Origin: Verrucomicrobiota bacterium
Lineage (GTDB): Bacteria; Verrucomicrobiota; Verrucomicrobiia; Limisphaerales; SIBE01
Assembly: GCA_027623095.1 (NCBI GenBank)
Contig: JAQBVM010000003.1
Coordinates: 1-55,775, forward strand
DNA: 55,775 bases
Direction: 5' to 3'
Position numbers and translations under genes: made by a program. The notes under the pieces are model-generated. The model had not been told where the DNA came from and searched no databases. It saw nothing but the letters and a program-made list of their open reading frames with translations. This document shows positions 8,463 through 18,277 of the stretch, one piece after another; position 1 is the stretch's first letter, and every line of letters begins with the position of its first letter.

Positions 8463-10541
8463 ATGAAGTTCATGGTCACAAATCGCGCTCACTATAGGGT
8501 CGAGGCCGTCCACGAACTGTGGACTATTCTCGTCCGGAGCTTTGTAATCCTGCTTGCAGCGTTTGTTCATTGCTTTGGTGGCGCATCATCCGTTGCATCC
8601 GAGGCGCGACGCGTCTTGCCGCCGGGAATTCGGATCTCTGACCAAGACAGGGGCGAACTGGAATCCGGCGCGACTGAACTCGGCCAACGGATTGAACAGT
8701 TGCGGACCGCGCTTGGGGATAAACCGGATCTGCTGGCGTTGTTGCCCGATGTGGCGATTTTTCATAAGGCCGTGAACTGGCCTCTAGTGTATGACGAGTT
8801 TCTCCGCGCCAACGATGTCGCGGCGGCGAAGTCGCTCCTTCGAGTGGGAATGGAACGCGCCGAGTCGCTTCGCCAGGGAATCGCTCCCTGGACGGCGGCG
8901 AACGGACTGGTGGTGCGGGGTTACATCTCGAAAGTGGATGGTTCCATTCAGCCTTACGGGTTGGTGGTTCCGGAATCGTTTCGGCACGCTTCCCCTCAAC
9001 GGCATCGGCTTGATGTCTGGTTGCACGGCCGGGACAACAATTTGACCGAGCTCAAATTCGTCAATGAACGGCTCCGGTCTCCGGGCGAGTTTACTCCGCC
9101 GGACACCTTTGTGCTTCATCCGTACGGCAGGTATTGCAACGCCTTCAAGTTCATTGGCGAGGTCGATGTATTCGAATCGCTCGATCATGTTCGTGAACAG
9201 TATCAGATCGACGCCGACCGCATTTCGGTGCGGGGATTCTCGATGGGGGGCGCAGGGTGCTGGCATTTAGCGGCGCATCATTCGAGTTTGTGGGCCGCCG
9301 CGGCGCCGGGCGCAGGATTCGCTGAGACAGCCGAGTATGCGGGTGTTCTTTCACGCGACCCCAAACCTGCATGGTACGAACAAAAGCTGTGGCATTGGTA
9401 CGATGCCGCCGACTATGCGCTGAATCTCTTCAACACTTCGACCATCGCCTATAGCGGGGAGATCGATAAACAGAAGCAGGCGGCGGATAGGATGGCGCGG
9501 GCGCTGAGTGAGGAAGGGATTGAGATGACCCATATCATCGGGCCTCAAACAGCGCACAAGTATCATCCAGAATCCAAGATCGAAATCAACCGCCGAATTG
9601 ATTCGATCGCGCTCGCGGGTCGTGATCCTGTGCCGTCCACAGTTCGTTTTACCACGTGGACTCTTCGTTACAATCGGATGGCTTGGGTGACCGTGGAAGG
9701 TTTGGAGCGGCATTGGGAACGGGCGCGAGTCGAAGCCGAAATCCTGAACGATCACAGTGTAAATGTGGATACAGCGAATGTCTCCGAACTCGCGTTTTCG
9801 ATGCCTCCTGGATTTTGCCCTCTGGACGCAACGGTCCGTCCGACAGTTGTGTTGGATGGTCAATCGGTTGCGGCGGTCGCGGCGCAATCCGACCGTTCAT
9901 GGAACGTCCGATATCGGAAACTGTCAGGGAAATGGACGCTGTTGCTCGGTGAAGATGGGGAAACAGGCTTGCGCAAACGGCCCGGACTGCAAGGTCCGAT
10001 CGATGACGCTTTTATGGATTCGTTCGTGATGGTGATCCCAACCGGAATGCCGTCGAATGATCAAGTCGGCCGGTGGGTGGCAGCCGAACAAAAGAGGGCG
10101 ATCGAGCACTGGCGGCGGCAGTTTCGCGGAGACCCCCGCGTGAAGAAGGACGTCGAGGTGACCGCCGCCGATATCGCGCGGCACAATCTCGTTCTTTGGG
10201 GCGATCCAAAAAGCAACACACTCTTGGGACAGATTGGCGAGAAATTGCCGATTCGGTGGAACGCGCAAGGCGTTCATAACGGCAGTGCAATTTATCCCGC
10301 GGACCGCTATGTGCCAATGCTGATTTATCCGAATCCACTCAACCCGCAGCGTTATGTTGTGATCAACTGTGGCGTCACGTTCAGTGAATTTGGGCATTTA
10401 AGCAATGCACTCCAAACTCCGAAACTGCCGGACTACGCCATTTTGGATCTGAATGTTCCGGACGCTTCCGTGTTTGGGGGAAACGTCGTGCAAGCCGGAT
10501 TCTTTGATGAAAACTGGCAACTGCAGCAAACCCGGGACTGA
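8463..10541 (+). CDS. Secreted alpha/beta hydrolase (prolyl oligopeptidase/esterase-like)
   Basis: GFSMGG nucleophile elbow, WLHGR, GEIDKQ, TAHKY; paralog of 13337-15361; start uncertain. Confidence 0.85.
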   Translation: MKFMVTNRAHYRVEAVHELWTILVRSFVILLAAFVHCFGGASSVASEARRVLPPGIRISDQDRGELESGATELGQRIEQLRTALGDKPDLLALLPDVAIFHKAVNWPLVYDEFLRANDVAAAKSLLRVGMERAESLRQGIAPWTAANGLVVRGYISKVDGSIQPYGLVVPESFRHASPQRHRLDVWLHGRDNNLTELKFVNERLRSPGEFTPPDTFVLHPYGRYCNAFKFIGEVDVFESLDHVREQYQIDADRISVRGFSMGGAGCWHLAAHHSSLWAAAAPGAGFAETAEYAGVLSRDPKPAWYEQKLWHWYDAADYALNLFNTSTIAYSGEIDKQKQAADRMARALSEEGIEMTHIIGPQTAHKYHPESKIEINRRIDSIALAGRDPVPSTVRFTTWTLRYNRMAWVTVEGLERHWERARVEAEILNDHSVNVDTANVSELAFSMPPGFCPLDATVRPTVVLDGQSVAAVAAQSDRSWNVRYRKLSGKWTLLLGEDGETGLRKRPGLQGPIDDAFMDSFVMVIPTGMPSNDQVGRWVAAEQKRAIEHWRRQFRGDPRVKKDVEVTAADIARHNLVLWGDPKSNTLLGQIGEKLPIRWNAQGVHNGSAIYPADRYVPMLIYPNPLNPQRYVVINCGVTFSEFGHLSNALQTPKLPDYAILDLNVPDASVFGGNVVQAGFFDENWQLQQTRD

Positions 10542-10547
10542 CGAGAA

Positions 10548-10590
10548 AACCTTGAGCGGATGAAAGGCGCCCTTCTTAGAACTCAAGGTT
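10548..10590. terminator. Hairpin between convergent genes
   Basis: AACCTTGAG...CTCAAGGTT 9-bp inverted repeat in the 58-bp gap; no strong U tract. Confidence 0.35.
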
Positions 10591-10599
10591 CCAACTCGT

Positions 10600-13299
10600 T
10601 CAGTCGTCATCATCTACCCCAGCGGCCCAGATTGGGTAGGGAACCTGCGAGCCTTTCATGGCGTGCCAAATGATTCGGTTCAAAAGATCCTCCGGACACT
10701 GGTCCACTTTATCCAGCGGCAGCCGGGCGGAAGCGTAGGCATTCTTGCGCAGCAGGGAATCGGAAATCTGTTTCGGATCGGGATTCATTTCATCCAGCGG
10801 CACGTTGTTTGGCACTGCTTTGAACGGAGTGAAATCCGGCGTTTTGACAAAACAATCGAACATGGGAGTGGCCGTGGCATCCATCTGGTTCATGGGCGGC
10901 AATCCCAAAATCAACTCCATCGTCCGAATCAGACTAGTCTGATTGTACTGCGTGCTGATCACTTCGCCCCGTTTTGTGTACGGACTGACGACGTATGCCG
11001 TGGTTCGATAACCGCTCACATGATCCCAGCCTGCTTGAGGGTCATCCTCGATCCCGAAGATGCAGGTTTCTTTCCAGAACCTGCTGTGACTGATCGCGTC
11101 CACAATCTGCCCGAATGCCAAGTCATTGTCGGCGACCTGAGCGGCCGGCGTGGGAGATCCGGCCCGGGTGCCGCTCGTGTGATCGTTCGGAAGACAGATA
11201 ATCACGAGGTTTGGAAAATCGCCGCTCTGCTCGAATTGTTTGAGTTCTTTGATAAACTCGGACGCCCGGAACACGTCCGGCACATCCATGTCCCATCCCA
11301 CCGTGCTCGTGACCAGATAGGGCCGGAGCGATTCGATCGCGGGCCGGCTGCTTAGGTTGATCGTGTCAGTCCCATCAACGAACTCGCGGTAGTGATCGGA
11401 AAACTTCGGAGTGCCTTTGCGCGTTGCGTCCTTCCACGACTTGTCGGTGATCGCGAATTCGCCGTAGTCTCGAAGCGTCTTGCCATGGGCGATTGCGTTG
11501 TCCCAAATGAACCCGGCTGGCGAGTAGGCTAGTGCGTCCACATCGGCGTCTTCCATGCCATCCGGATAACTCCGCGGAAATCCGGCAAACGACTTCTCCA
11601 TATAATCGGTTGCGAATGCCGAATCGCTCCATTGATGTCCATCCGCGCTCAAAATTCCGGAACAGTATGTGTTATCCAGCAGCACGAACTCCCGCACCAT
11701 CTTGTGTTGGTTGGGCGTGATATTTTCTCCGAACACGCACAGCGACGCGTCGCCGTTGCCTGCCGAAATGTCGCCGAGGACCTGATCATAAGTCCGGTTC
11801 TCCTTAATGACATAAACAACATGCTTGAAGACTGAAGGTTCTCCGACCCGTTCGGGGACCGGTTGCGGCTCCCGGTTCGGTCGAGCGCGGAGCCGAGCCT
11901 CACGCAGCGCCGGGTAGCGCATGTTTTGCAACGCCACGCGCGTGTAATCGGCGAGCCGCCGCTTCGACGGCAGCTCCACCAACGAGAGAGTCCCGAAATA
12001 CTGATGCGTGTTGTACTTTACCGTTTCTCCGGGAGCGTATCGTTTCGTGGATCCGATTCCCTTGATGTTGGCGACATAGATCGAATCGCGTGGGGAATCC
12101 ACCAGGATTGCCCCGGGGAACCATCCGACAGGGATCAGGCCCTTCAGCTTTGACTCGCCTGGGTCGAACGAGACAACCGCAACCGCATTCTGCGTTCCGT
12201 TGCACACGAACAGCGTTTTACCTGAACGGTCGAACGCGAGGGCATTTGGACTGGCGCCAAACAGATCGGAGGGATTTTGCCGCGTCCAAATTGTTTCGAT
12301 GATCTTATGCGTTTGCGTATCAATCACACTGACCGTGTCACTCCCGGCATTCGCCACCAAAAGATATTTGCCATTCGGCGAGGCAGTCATTGCCGACGAA
12401 TGCAGCCCGGCCAAGATTTCTTCACCGACTCGGTTCGCATCCAGGTCAACAACAGACACAGAGCCTTCGCTTGCGATATGGCGAACGGGATCCACTCGCA
12501 CCAGCGTGCCCCGACCCGCAGGTCCGGTCAGGCTGTGTGCGTCCGGACGACGCCCTCCCCAATTGCTGACATAGGCTCGGTTTCCGAGAAGCAACACGTC
12601 ATAAGGGGCGAAACCTACGTCCCACATGCGCAAAACCGTTCCCTCGCTCGCATTGAGTTCCGCCAATCGATTCGAGAGATTCAGGGCCACATACAGTCGT
12701 TTGCCATCGGCGGAGACCGCCAAGCCTGAAGGGATATCCGAGTTACGGTCTCCGGCGCGGAACTCGGGTAGCGGAATCGAGTGCAGACCTTCAACTTTTC
12801 CCGCCGAATCCACCCCAAATACCTTAATGCTTCCGTTCACGTTCGAAAGGTAGATTCGCGAGCCGTCCGGCGAGAAGACCAAACCGGTGTAACTGAGCTG
12901 TCCTTTTTCATCTGGATCCAGAATATGGTTGGAAACGGAATTGGGCCGCGGATCGCGGTCTTGATCTGACGGCAGAGCGACACGCTGCAAAATCGCGGCC
13001 GACACGGGATCGATCACGACTAACTCGTGAGTTTTGCCGGACGTCACCAGAATCCGATTATCCGGACTGAGCGCGAGCGCTTGGGGACGCGATTCGGGAA
13101 GGTCCACCTGTCTGCCCGCTGGCGTGAGAATTTGATTCGCCGGAGTGACATACGTGTTCTCCGCCACCTGACCCACGGGATGCCGAAGATTGTGTTTCGC
13201 AGCCTCGACCCATCCGGATTGGCATCCCAAAAGCCCGGCAACGACAGCAGCCACAGAAATCAACACGCTCAAACGCGCGCGGAAGAAGAATCGTTTCAT
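10600..13299 (-). CDS. YncE/YVTN beta-propeller + phosphoesterase (alkaline phosphatase superfamily), possible lipoprotein
   Basis: VANAGSDTVSVID and IPVGWFP repeats; HVVYVIKENRTYDQVLGD, SADGHQW, LPNDHT, EDDPQAGWDHV; MKRFFF..LLGC start at 13299. Confidence 0.88.
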   Translation of the reverse strand: MKRFFFRARLSVLISVAAVVAGLLGCQSGWVEAAKHNLRHPVGQVAENTYVTPANQILTPAGRQVDLPESRPQALALSPDNRILVTSGKTHELVVIDPVSAAILQRVALPSDQDRDPRPNSVSNHILDPDEKGQLSYTGLVFSPDGSRIYLSNVNGSIKVFGVDSAGKVEGLHSIPLPEFRAGDRNSDIPSGLAVSADGKRLYVALNLSNRLAELNASEGTVLRMWDVGFAPYDVLLLGNRAYVSNWGGRRPDAHSLTGPAGRGTLVRVDPVRHIASEGSVSVVDLDANRVGEEILAGLHSSAMTASPNGKYLLVANAGSDTVSVIDTQTHKIIETIWTRQNPSDLFGASPNALAFDRSGKTLFVCNGTQNAVAVVSFDPGESKLKGLIPVGWFPGAILVDSPRDSIYVANIKGIGSTKRYAPGETVKYNTHQYFGTLSLVELPSKRRLADYTRVALQNMRYPALREARLRARPNREPQPVPERVGEPSVFKHVVYVIKENRTYDQVLGDISAGNGDASLCVFGENITPNQHKMVREFVLLDNTYCSGILSADGHQWSDSAFATDYMEKSFAGFPRSYPDGMEDADVDALAYSPAGFIWDNAIAHGKTLRDYGEFAITDKSWKDATRKGTPKFSDHYREFVDGTDTINLSSRPAIESLRPYLVTSTVGWDMDVPDVFRASEFIKELKQFEQSGDFPNLVIICLPNDHTSGTRAGSPTPAAQVADNDLAFGQIVDAISHSRFWKETCIFGIEDDPQAGWDHVSGYRTTAYVVSPYTKRGEVISTQYNQTSLIRTMELILGLPPMNQMDATATPMFDCFVKTPDFTPFKAVPNNVPLDEMNPDPKQISDSLLRKNAYASARLPLDKVDQCPEDLLNRIIWHAMKGSQVPYPIWAAGVDDDD

Positions 13300-13336
13300 T
13301 GATATTATTTCAGTTCGAGGACGCCGGAGTTCGCGA

Positions 13337-15361
13337 CTATCGCCTCGGCAATCGCCATTTCTCATCAAAGAATCCGGCATTCGCAATGCCGCCCGGCGCC
13401 CGGGAGGAAACAGGAACGCTCAAGTCCACAATGGCCCAGTCGGGCAGCTTGGCGATCTGCCGCGCGTTGTTCAGATAGTCGTATTCGCGGAATGTAAAAC
13501 CGCTGTTCAACACGACATATCGTTCCGGGTTCAGCGGATTCGGATAAACCAACACAGGCACATAACGATCCACCGGGAAGATTGCGTCGCCTGTGTGAAC
13601 GCCTTGGCTGTCCCAGCGAATCGGGAGCTTGTTCGCGATCTTCGAGAGCAGCACGTTGCTTTGCGGATCTCCCCATAAAATTAGGTTGTGCGCGGCGATA
13701 TCTTCCTCTGTGATTTCGATGTCCTTCTTGACGCGGGCTTCACCGCGAAATTGGTTCCGCCAATGCGTGATTGCGTGTGCCTGCTCAGAAGCTGTCCAGG
13801 CACCGACTTTTTCGTTCAGCGGCGTTCCGGTTGGAACCACCATCAAGAAAGAATCCATAAATGCGTCGTCGATTGGACCCTGTAGTCCGTGACGTTTGGA
13901 CAATTCAACGCCTGCCTCGCGTTTTTCGGATACTGCCCACTGGCCATTCGTCTTCCTGAAATGCGCGGTCCAGGACCGATCAGAAAGCACGCCGGGAGCG
14001 GCAATCGGTTGACCGTCAAGTGCAACAAGCGGCTTAGCGGTTGTGTCCAGCGGACAAAGCCCGGGTGGCATCGACAAGGTGAGCGCGGAAACGTTCTGGG
14101 TGTCCACTTTCACAGATTGATTATCCGTGATTTCAGCGTTCACGCGCGCACGTTCCCAATGTTGGTCCAACCCATCGACTGTCACCCAGAGCATCTTGTT
14201 GTACCGAAGTGTCCAGGTCGTAAAACGCACTTTGCGGGGAATTGGATCCCGCCCGACCGCGGCGATGTTATCAATCCGCCGGTCCAATTCATTCTTCGTT
14301 TCCGGATGATACCGGTGCGCCGTCTGTGGTCCGATGAGGTGTGTGAGTTCAATCCCTTCCTCGGCGAGCGCTTTTGCCATCATGTCGGCGGCCTGTTTCT
14401 GGCGGTCGATCTCGCCGCTGTAGGCGACCGTGGGGCAGTTGAAAAGATTGGCCGCGTAGTCCGTGCAATCATACCAGTGCCAAAGCTTCTGTTCGTACCA
14501 CGGGGGTTGCACGTTTTCTTGCTGAAAAACTTTTAAGAAATCGGCCGTCTCCGAGAACCCGGCGCCAGGCGCTGCCGCGGCCCACAGCCCGGCATAATGC
14601 ACGGCGAATTGCCAGCACGCCGCGCCTCCCATCGAAAAGCCGCGCACAATCAGCCGGTTGTCATCGATTGGATAGTGTTTTTGAACATTTTCGAGCGCCT
14701 CCAGCAAATCGATTTCCCCCGCGAATTTGTTCGCGTTGCAGTAGCGGCCGTACAAATGCAGGACAAACGCGTTATCCGGTGTGAACTGACCCGGCGAAGT
14801 CTCGCGTCCATTGATGAAATCTAATTCCGTCAGCGTTTCGCCCCGACCGTGAAACCAAGCATCCAGCCGGAACCGGTGCGGGGAATTCGGTTGATACGAC
14901 GCCGGAATCACAAGCCCATACGGCTGTACGGAACCGTCGATTTTGGATACGTATCCGCGGGCGACCAAACCCGTTGCTGTGGTCCACGGCGCGGTCCCAC
15001 CTTTGAGTTGCGCCGCGCGCTCCATTCCCTGCTGCAGCAACCGTTTCGCGATTTTGACCTGATTTGTCTTGTAGAATTCGTCGTAAGCCAGCGCGTAACG
15101 GACGGCATTATGATAGATCCGCACGTCTGGCAGAAGGTTCAACAACTCCGGTTTTGATTTCAGGCCATCTTCTGTCGCCTTGATCTCCAGTCCCAGAGCC
15201 CGAACGAGTGAATCTAATTCCGACCGATCCTGATCGGAAATTGTCAGGCCCGGCGGTGGCACAGGGCGCACTTTGTCGGGAAGATTATCCGCGGGTCCAT
15301 CCGCAAGGAGAATCGATGCGACAAAGGGAGTGAGAACCAGGAAAAAGGAACGTGCGTTCAT
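13337..15361 (-). CDS. Secreted alpha/beta hydrolase (prolyl oligopeptidase/esterase-like)
   Basis: GFSMGG; signal peptide MNARSFFLVLTPFVASILLA; colinear paralog of 8463-10541. Confidence 0.85.
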   Translation of the reverse strand: MNARSFFLVLTPFVASILLADGPADNLPDKVRPVPPPGLTISDQDRSELDSLVRALGLEIKATEDGLKSKPELLNLLPDVRIYHNAVRYALAYDEFYKTNQVKIAKRLLQQGMERAAQLKGGTAPWTTATGLVARGYVSKIDGSVQPYGLVIPASYQPNSPHRFRLDAWFHGRGETLTELDFINGRETSPGQFTPDNAFVLHLYGRYCNANKFAGEIDLLEALENVQKHYPIDDNRLIVRGFSMGGAACWQFAVHYAGLWAAAAPGAGFSETADFLKVFQQENVQPPWYEQKLWHWYDCTDYAANLFNCPTVAYSGEIDRQKQAADMMAKALAEEGIELTHLIGPQTAHRYHPETKNELDRRIDNIAAVGRDPIPRKVRFTTWTLRYNKMLWVTVDGLDQHWERARVNAEITDNQSVKVDTQNVSALTLSMPPGLCPLDTTAKPLVALDGQPIAAPGVLSDRSWTAHFRKTNGQWAVSEKREAGVELSKRHGLQGPIDDAFMDSFLMVVPTGTPLNEKVGAWTASEQAHAITHWRNQFRGEARVKKDIEITEEDIAAHNLILWGDPQSNVLLSKIANKLPIRWDSQGVHTGDAIFPVDRYVPVLVYPNPLNPERYVVLNSGFTFREYDYLNNARQIAKLPDWAIVDLSVPVSSRAPGGIANAGFFDEKWRLPRR

Positions 15362-15543
15362 AGGTGCGAAGTCTGGTAGGTTAAAAGTGACGGATTTGCA
15401 AGACACATAAAGAAGACACATAAAGAAGTCACTGCTCCTAGAAAAACTCCCGCAGTGATAAAGGGGTCTTGACTAGCCCTGTCGCAACGTCGCGCCTCGC
15501 CAGGGACCCTCCAAACCAGCAATGCCAGCATTGAAATAATCTG

Positions 15544-15579
15544 GACAAATTCATGTCGTATGTGCGACATGAATTTGTC
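15544..15579. repeat. 36-bp near-perfect palindrome upstream of the PaaX-like gene
   Basis: GACAAATTCATGTCGTAT|GTGCGACATGAATTTGTC; 16/18 pairs, both mismatches are T:G. Confidence 0.9.
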
Positions 15580-15615
15580 TCGAGGTCGCAAACGAGGTTT
15601 TTCACTTTTAAGGTT

Positions 15616-16410
15616 ATGAATTCTAAGACCCAGGAACTCCTAAATCTGCTGCTGTGGTCCGCCGACATGCTGATGCGGCCCACATTTCGTAATCTTACCG
15701 ATTCGTATGAAAGCTGGGCTTATCACAATGGATTGGAGAAGCAATTGGCGAGGTTGGAGCAGCGCCGGTTAATTCAGCGTGATGCTGGCTCGCCGATGGA
15801 TCGAGTCTATCGATTGTCCGCGCAGGGGCGGTTGCAAGCTCTGGGTGGCCGCGATCCCCAAGAGCGCTGGGGGCGGTCGTGGGACGGACAATGGCGGATG
15901 GTGATTTTTGATGTGCCCGCCAAACGAAACAGTCACCGCGAACGGATCCGGCGTTACCTCCGCGGCAAATGCTTTGGCTGCCTTCAATATAGCGTCTGGA
16001 TCACACCTGATCCGCTGGAAGAAGAACGGCACATTCTCGTTGGGGGAAAGATCGAAGTGGAATCGCTTCTATTGCTGGAGGCAAGGCCTTGCGCGGGAGA
16101 GTCGGACTCGGAGATCGTCGCGGGCGCGTGGGATTTCGAACGTATCAACAGCCGCTACGCGAGGCATCTGAAAATCCTCGACGAGCGACCGGCCGGTGCT
16201 CTGCGTAACGATTTGTCAGCGAAAATGCTCCTGCGCTGGGCGGCGGAAGAGCGCGGAGCCTGGCTCAATGCCGTTTCCAATGATCCGCTCCTGCCAGAAA
16301 GGATCTTGCCGCTCGATTACCTCGGAAAGTCGGCGTGGCAACGTCGGACGGAGATGTTTCAAGAGGCCGGACGCCAAATGCAGACATTTACGCGAAACAA
16401 GCACAAATGA
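15616..16410 (+). CDS. PaaX-family protein (winged helix + Cas2-like central domain + PaaX_C)
   Basis: LARLEQRRLI..VYRLSAQG (wHTH), WDGQWRMVIFDVP..RERIRRYL..FGCLQYSVWITP, AWDFERINSRY, DPLLPERILPLDYLG; ATG at 15616 preferred because 15553 lies inside the palindrome. Confidence 0.88.
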   Translation: MNSKTQELLNLLLWSADMLMRPTFRNLTDSYESWAYHNGLEKQLARLEQRRLIQRDAGSPMDRVYRLSAQGRLQALGGRDPQERWGRSWDGQWRMVIFDVPAKRNSHRERIRRYLRGKCFGCLQYSVWITPDPLEEERHILVGGKIEVESLLLLEARPCAGESDSEIVAGAWDFERINSRYARHLKILDERPAGALRNDLSAKMLLRWAAEERGAWLNAVSNDPLLPERILPLDYLGKSAWQRRTEMFQEAGRQMQTFTRNKHK

Positions 16411-16412
16411 GG

Positions 16413-16454
16413 GAGGACAGTTTTATGTCGCACGTGCGACATAAAACTGTCCTC
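16413..16454. repeat. 42-bp perfect palindrome immediately downstream of the PaaX-like gene
   Basis: GAGGACAGTTTTATGTCGCAC|GTGCGACATAAAACTGTCCTC; no loop; separated from the stop codon by 2 bp. Confidence 0.95.
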
Positions 16455-16586
16455 GAAATCTGCGGGAGATCAAGAGCGGAATCCTCTACCCCGTCCGCGA
16501 TGTTGTTGCGCAAGCCGATGGGAGCCCGGTCTAGAACCAGGCAGCCGTGGGGGAACCAAAACCAACCGTTCTTGAGGCGACTGGAT

Positions 16587-17354
16587 TCAATGAAGGTCCA
16601 GCCGCTTCACACGGATGTTGCGGTAGCGCACGAACTCCTTTGTGTGATCGCCGCCGCCATGTACTTGCAAAGCAATTCCGCCTTTCGCGGGATGGCGCAC
16701 TTCGGTCTCTTTCCATTCCATAATCCGAACGCCATTGATCCAGGTGGTGATGTGTGGAGGGTTGTTCACAATTCGCGCCCGGAGTTCGTTCCATTCGCCA
16801 TGCCGCCAGAAGAGCGGCCACGAATCCTCTAGAACAGGCAGCGGATACGGCGCGGGAACGGACGTTATCTCGGTCACTTTCTCGCCGAACCGGAAATTGG
16901 CAACGCTCGGTTTGCCGCCCAAACCTTCGCCATACACTCCCATGAGGTTTCCGTTCGCGTGGTAATCCACCATCGCTTGCCAGGCTTTGCCGTCCTCCGT
17001 GCTGCGAAGAAAGAGACCGCTGTCCGGTCCGAAATCGTTCTTCATCTCAAGAACCACTTCAAAGTCGCCGAATTGTTCGTCCGTAATAACAATTCCTCCG
17101 TTTCCGGGAATATCCTGGCTCCCGATGATCGCGCCGTCCTCAATCACCCACTTTCCGCCGGTCTTATTCCCACTGGAACGGCTATGACCTGTCTTTCCGC
17201 TGATATGCCAGCCGTGGAGCGTCTTGCCATCGAAGATCGAAACGAAACCCTCATCTTTCGCGCGTCCATCAAACTGGAAGGCGGTCAAAAGAATAGCTGC
17301 GCTTAGACCAAATGCTTGAGACTTTCTAGAGGGAAATCTAAATTTCTGATTCAT
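16587..17354 (-). CDS. DUF1080 (3-keto-disaccharide hydrolase-like) protein
   Basis: FVSIFDGKTLHGW, WVIEDGAI, FGDFEV, DSGLFLR, GEWNE, GGIALQVH, VRYRNIRVKRL. Confidence 0.9.
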   Translation of the reverse strand: MNQKFRFPSRKSQAFGLSAAILLTAFQFDGRAKDEGFVSIFDGKTLHGWHISGKTGHSRSSGNKTGGKWVIEDGAIIGSQDIPGNGGIVITDEQFGDFEVVLEMKNDFGPDSGLFLRSTEDGKAWQAMVDYHANGNLMGVYGEGLGGKPSVANFRFGEKVTEITSVPAPYPLPVLEDSWPLFWRHGEWNELRARIVNNPPHITTWINGVRIMEWKETEVRHPAKGGIALQVHGGGDHTKEFVRYRNIRVKRLDLH

Positions 17355-17428
17355 TTGGGGGAAACTTATTCAATGCCCGCTGTTTTTCAATCACTAAGAA
17401 CCCCTCCAAGGAAGTTTTGGTTCAGGCT

Positions 17429-18256
17429 ATGACTCCACGGTTCTACGACGCGCACAACCACTTCCACGACGAACGCCTTGTGTTTTGCGGTGCCGCCACG
17501 GGTGCGGGCGCAGCGAAAATGGTGGTAAACGGCTCGAAAGAATCGGATTGGCCGGAAGTGCTCGCAGTGGCGCGCCGTTGGCCGCTGGTGGTTCCTTCAT
17601 TTGGTTATCATCCGTGGCATGTGGCACAGCGAACGCCGGACTGGCTAAACGAACTCGCGCGCTGTCTCGGCACGATTCCGTCGGCCGTCGGTGAAATCGG
17701 TTTGGACCGGTGGATCGATGGGCACGACCTTCCGGAGCAAGAGCGGGTCTTTTTACCGCAGTTGCATGCAGCCGCCGAAAGGGGAATTCCCGCGACGATT
17801 CATTGCCTAAAGGCATGGGGCCGGTTGTTGGAACTGTTGCAAAGCCATCCGCTGCCAAAATGTGGATTCCTGCTCCACTCGTACAGCGGCCCTCGGGAAA
17901 TGATTGAACCGCTGGCTGAACTGGGCGCGTATTTCTCGATTTCCGGTTACTTTGCGCATGAACGAAAACATCGCCAGCGCGAAGTATTTCGCCATGTGCC
18001 CGCCGATCGTTTCCTGATCGAGACCGACGCGCCGGATCAACATTTGCCGCCGGACCGAATCGAATACCCTCTCATTGATCCGTCTTCCGGAGACGGGATA
18101 AATAACCCCGCGAACCTGGCGGCCGTTTATCGTTTCGCTGCGGAGCTGCGCGATGAACCGATCGAGATTTTGGCGGAGAAGGTCGAAAGGAATTTTTATC
18201 GGCTGTTCGGTGGACTTTGTGAGGATTCAGAGCGGCGCGTTTTTGGCGGCGTGTAA
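17429..18256 (+). CDS. tatD: TatD family DNase
   Basis: DAHNH, GYHPW, VGEIGLD, TIHC, LHSYSG, LIETDAP. Confidence 0.9.
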   Translation: MTPRFYDAHNHFHDERLVFCGAATGAGAAKMVVNGSKESDWPEVLAVARRWPLVVPSFGYHPWHVAQRTPDWLNELARCLGTIPSAVGEIGLDRWIDGHDLPEQERVFLPQLHAAAERGIPATIHCLKAWGRLLELLQSHPLPKCGFLLHSYSGPREMIEPLAELGAYFSISGYFAHERKHRQREVFRHVPADRFLIETDAPDQHLPPDRIEYPLIDPSSGDGINNPANLAAVYRFAAELRDEPIEILAEKVERNFYRLFGGLCEDSERRVFGGV

Positions 18257-18277
18257 AAAGCGTCGGTTTTCCCCGAA

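Noticed and set aside
15544-16454. CRISPR-Cas locus (Cas2-like domain and ~36-42 bp palindromic repeats)
   Set aside because: Only two repeats, separated by a whole gene, with no spacers and no cas1 or effector genes.
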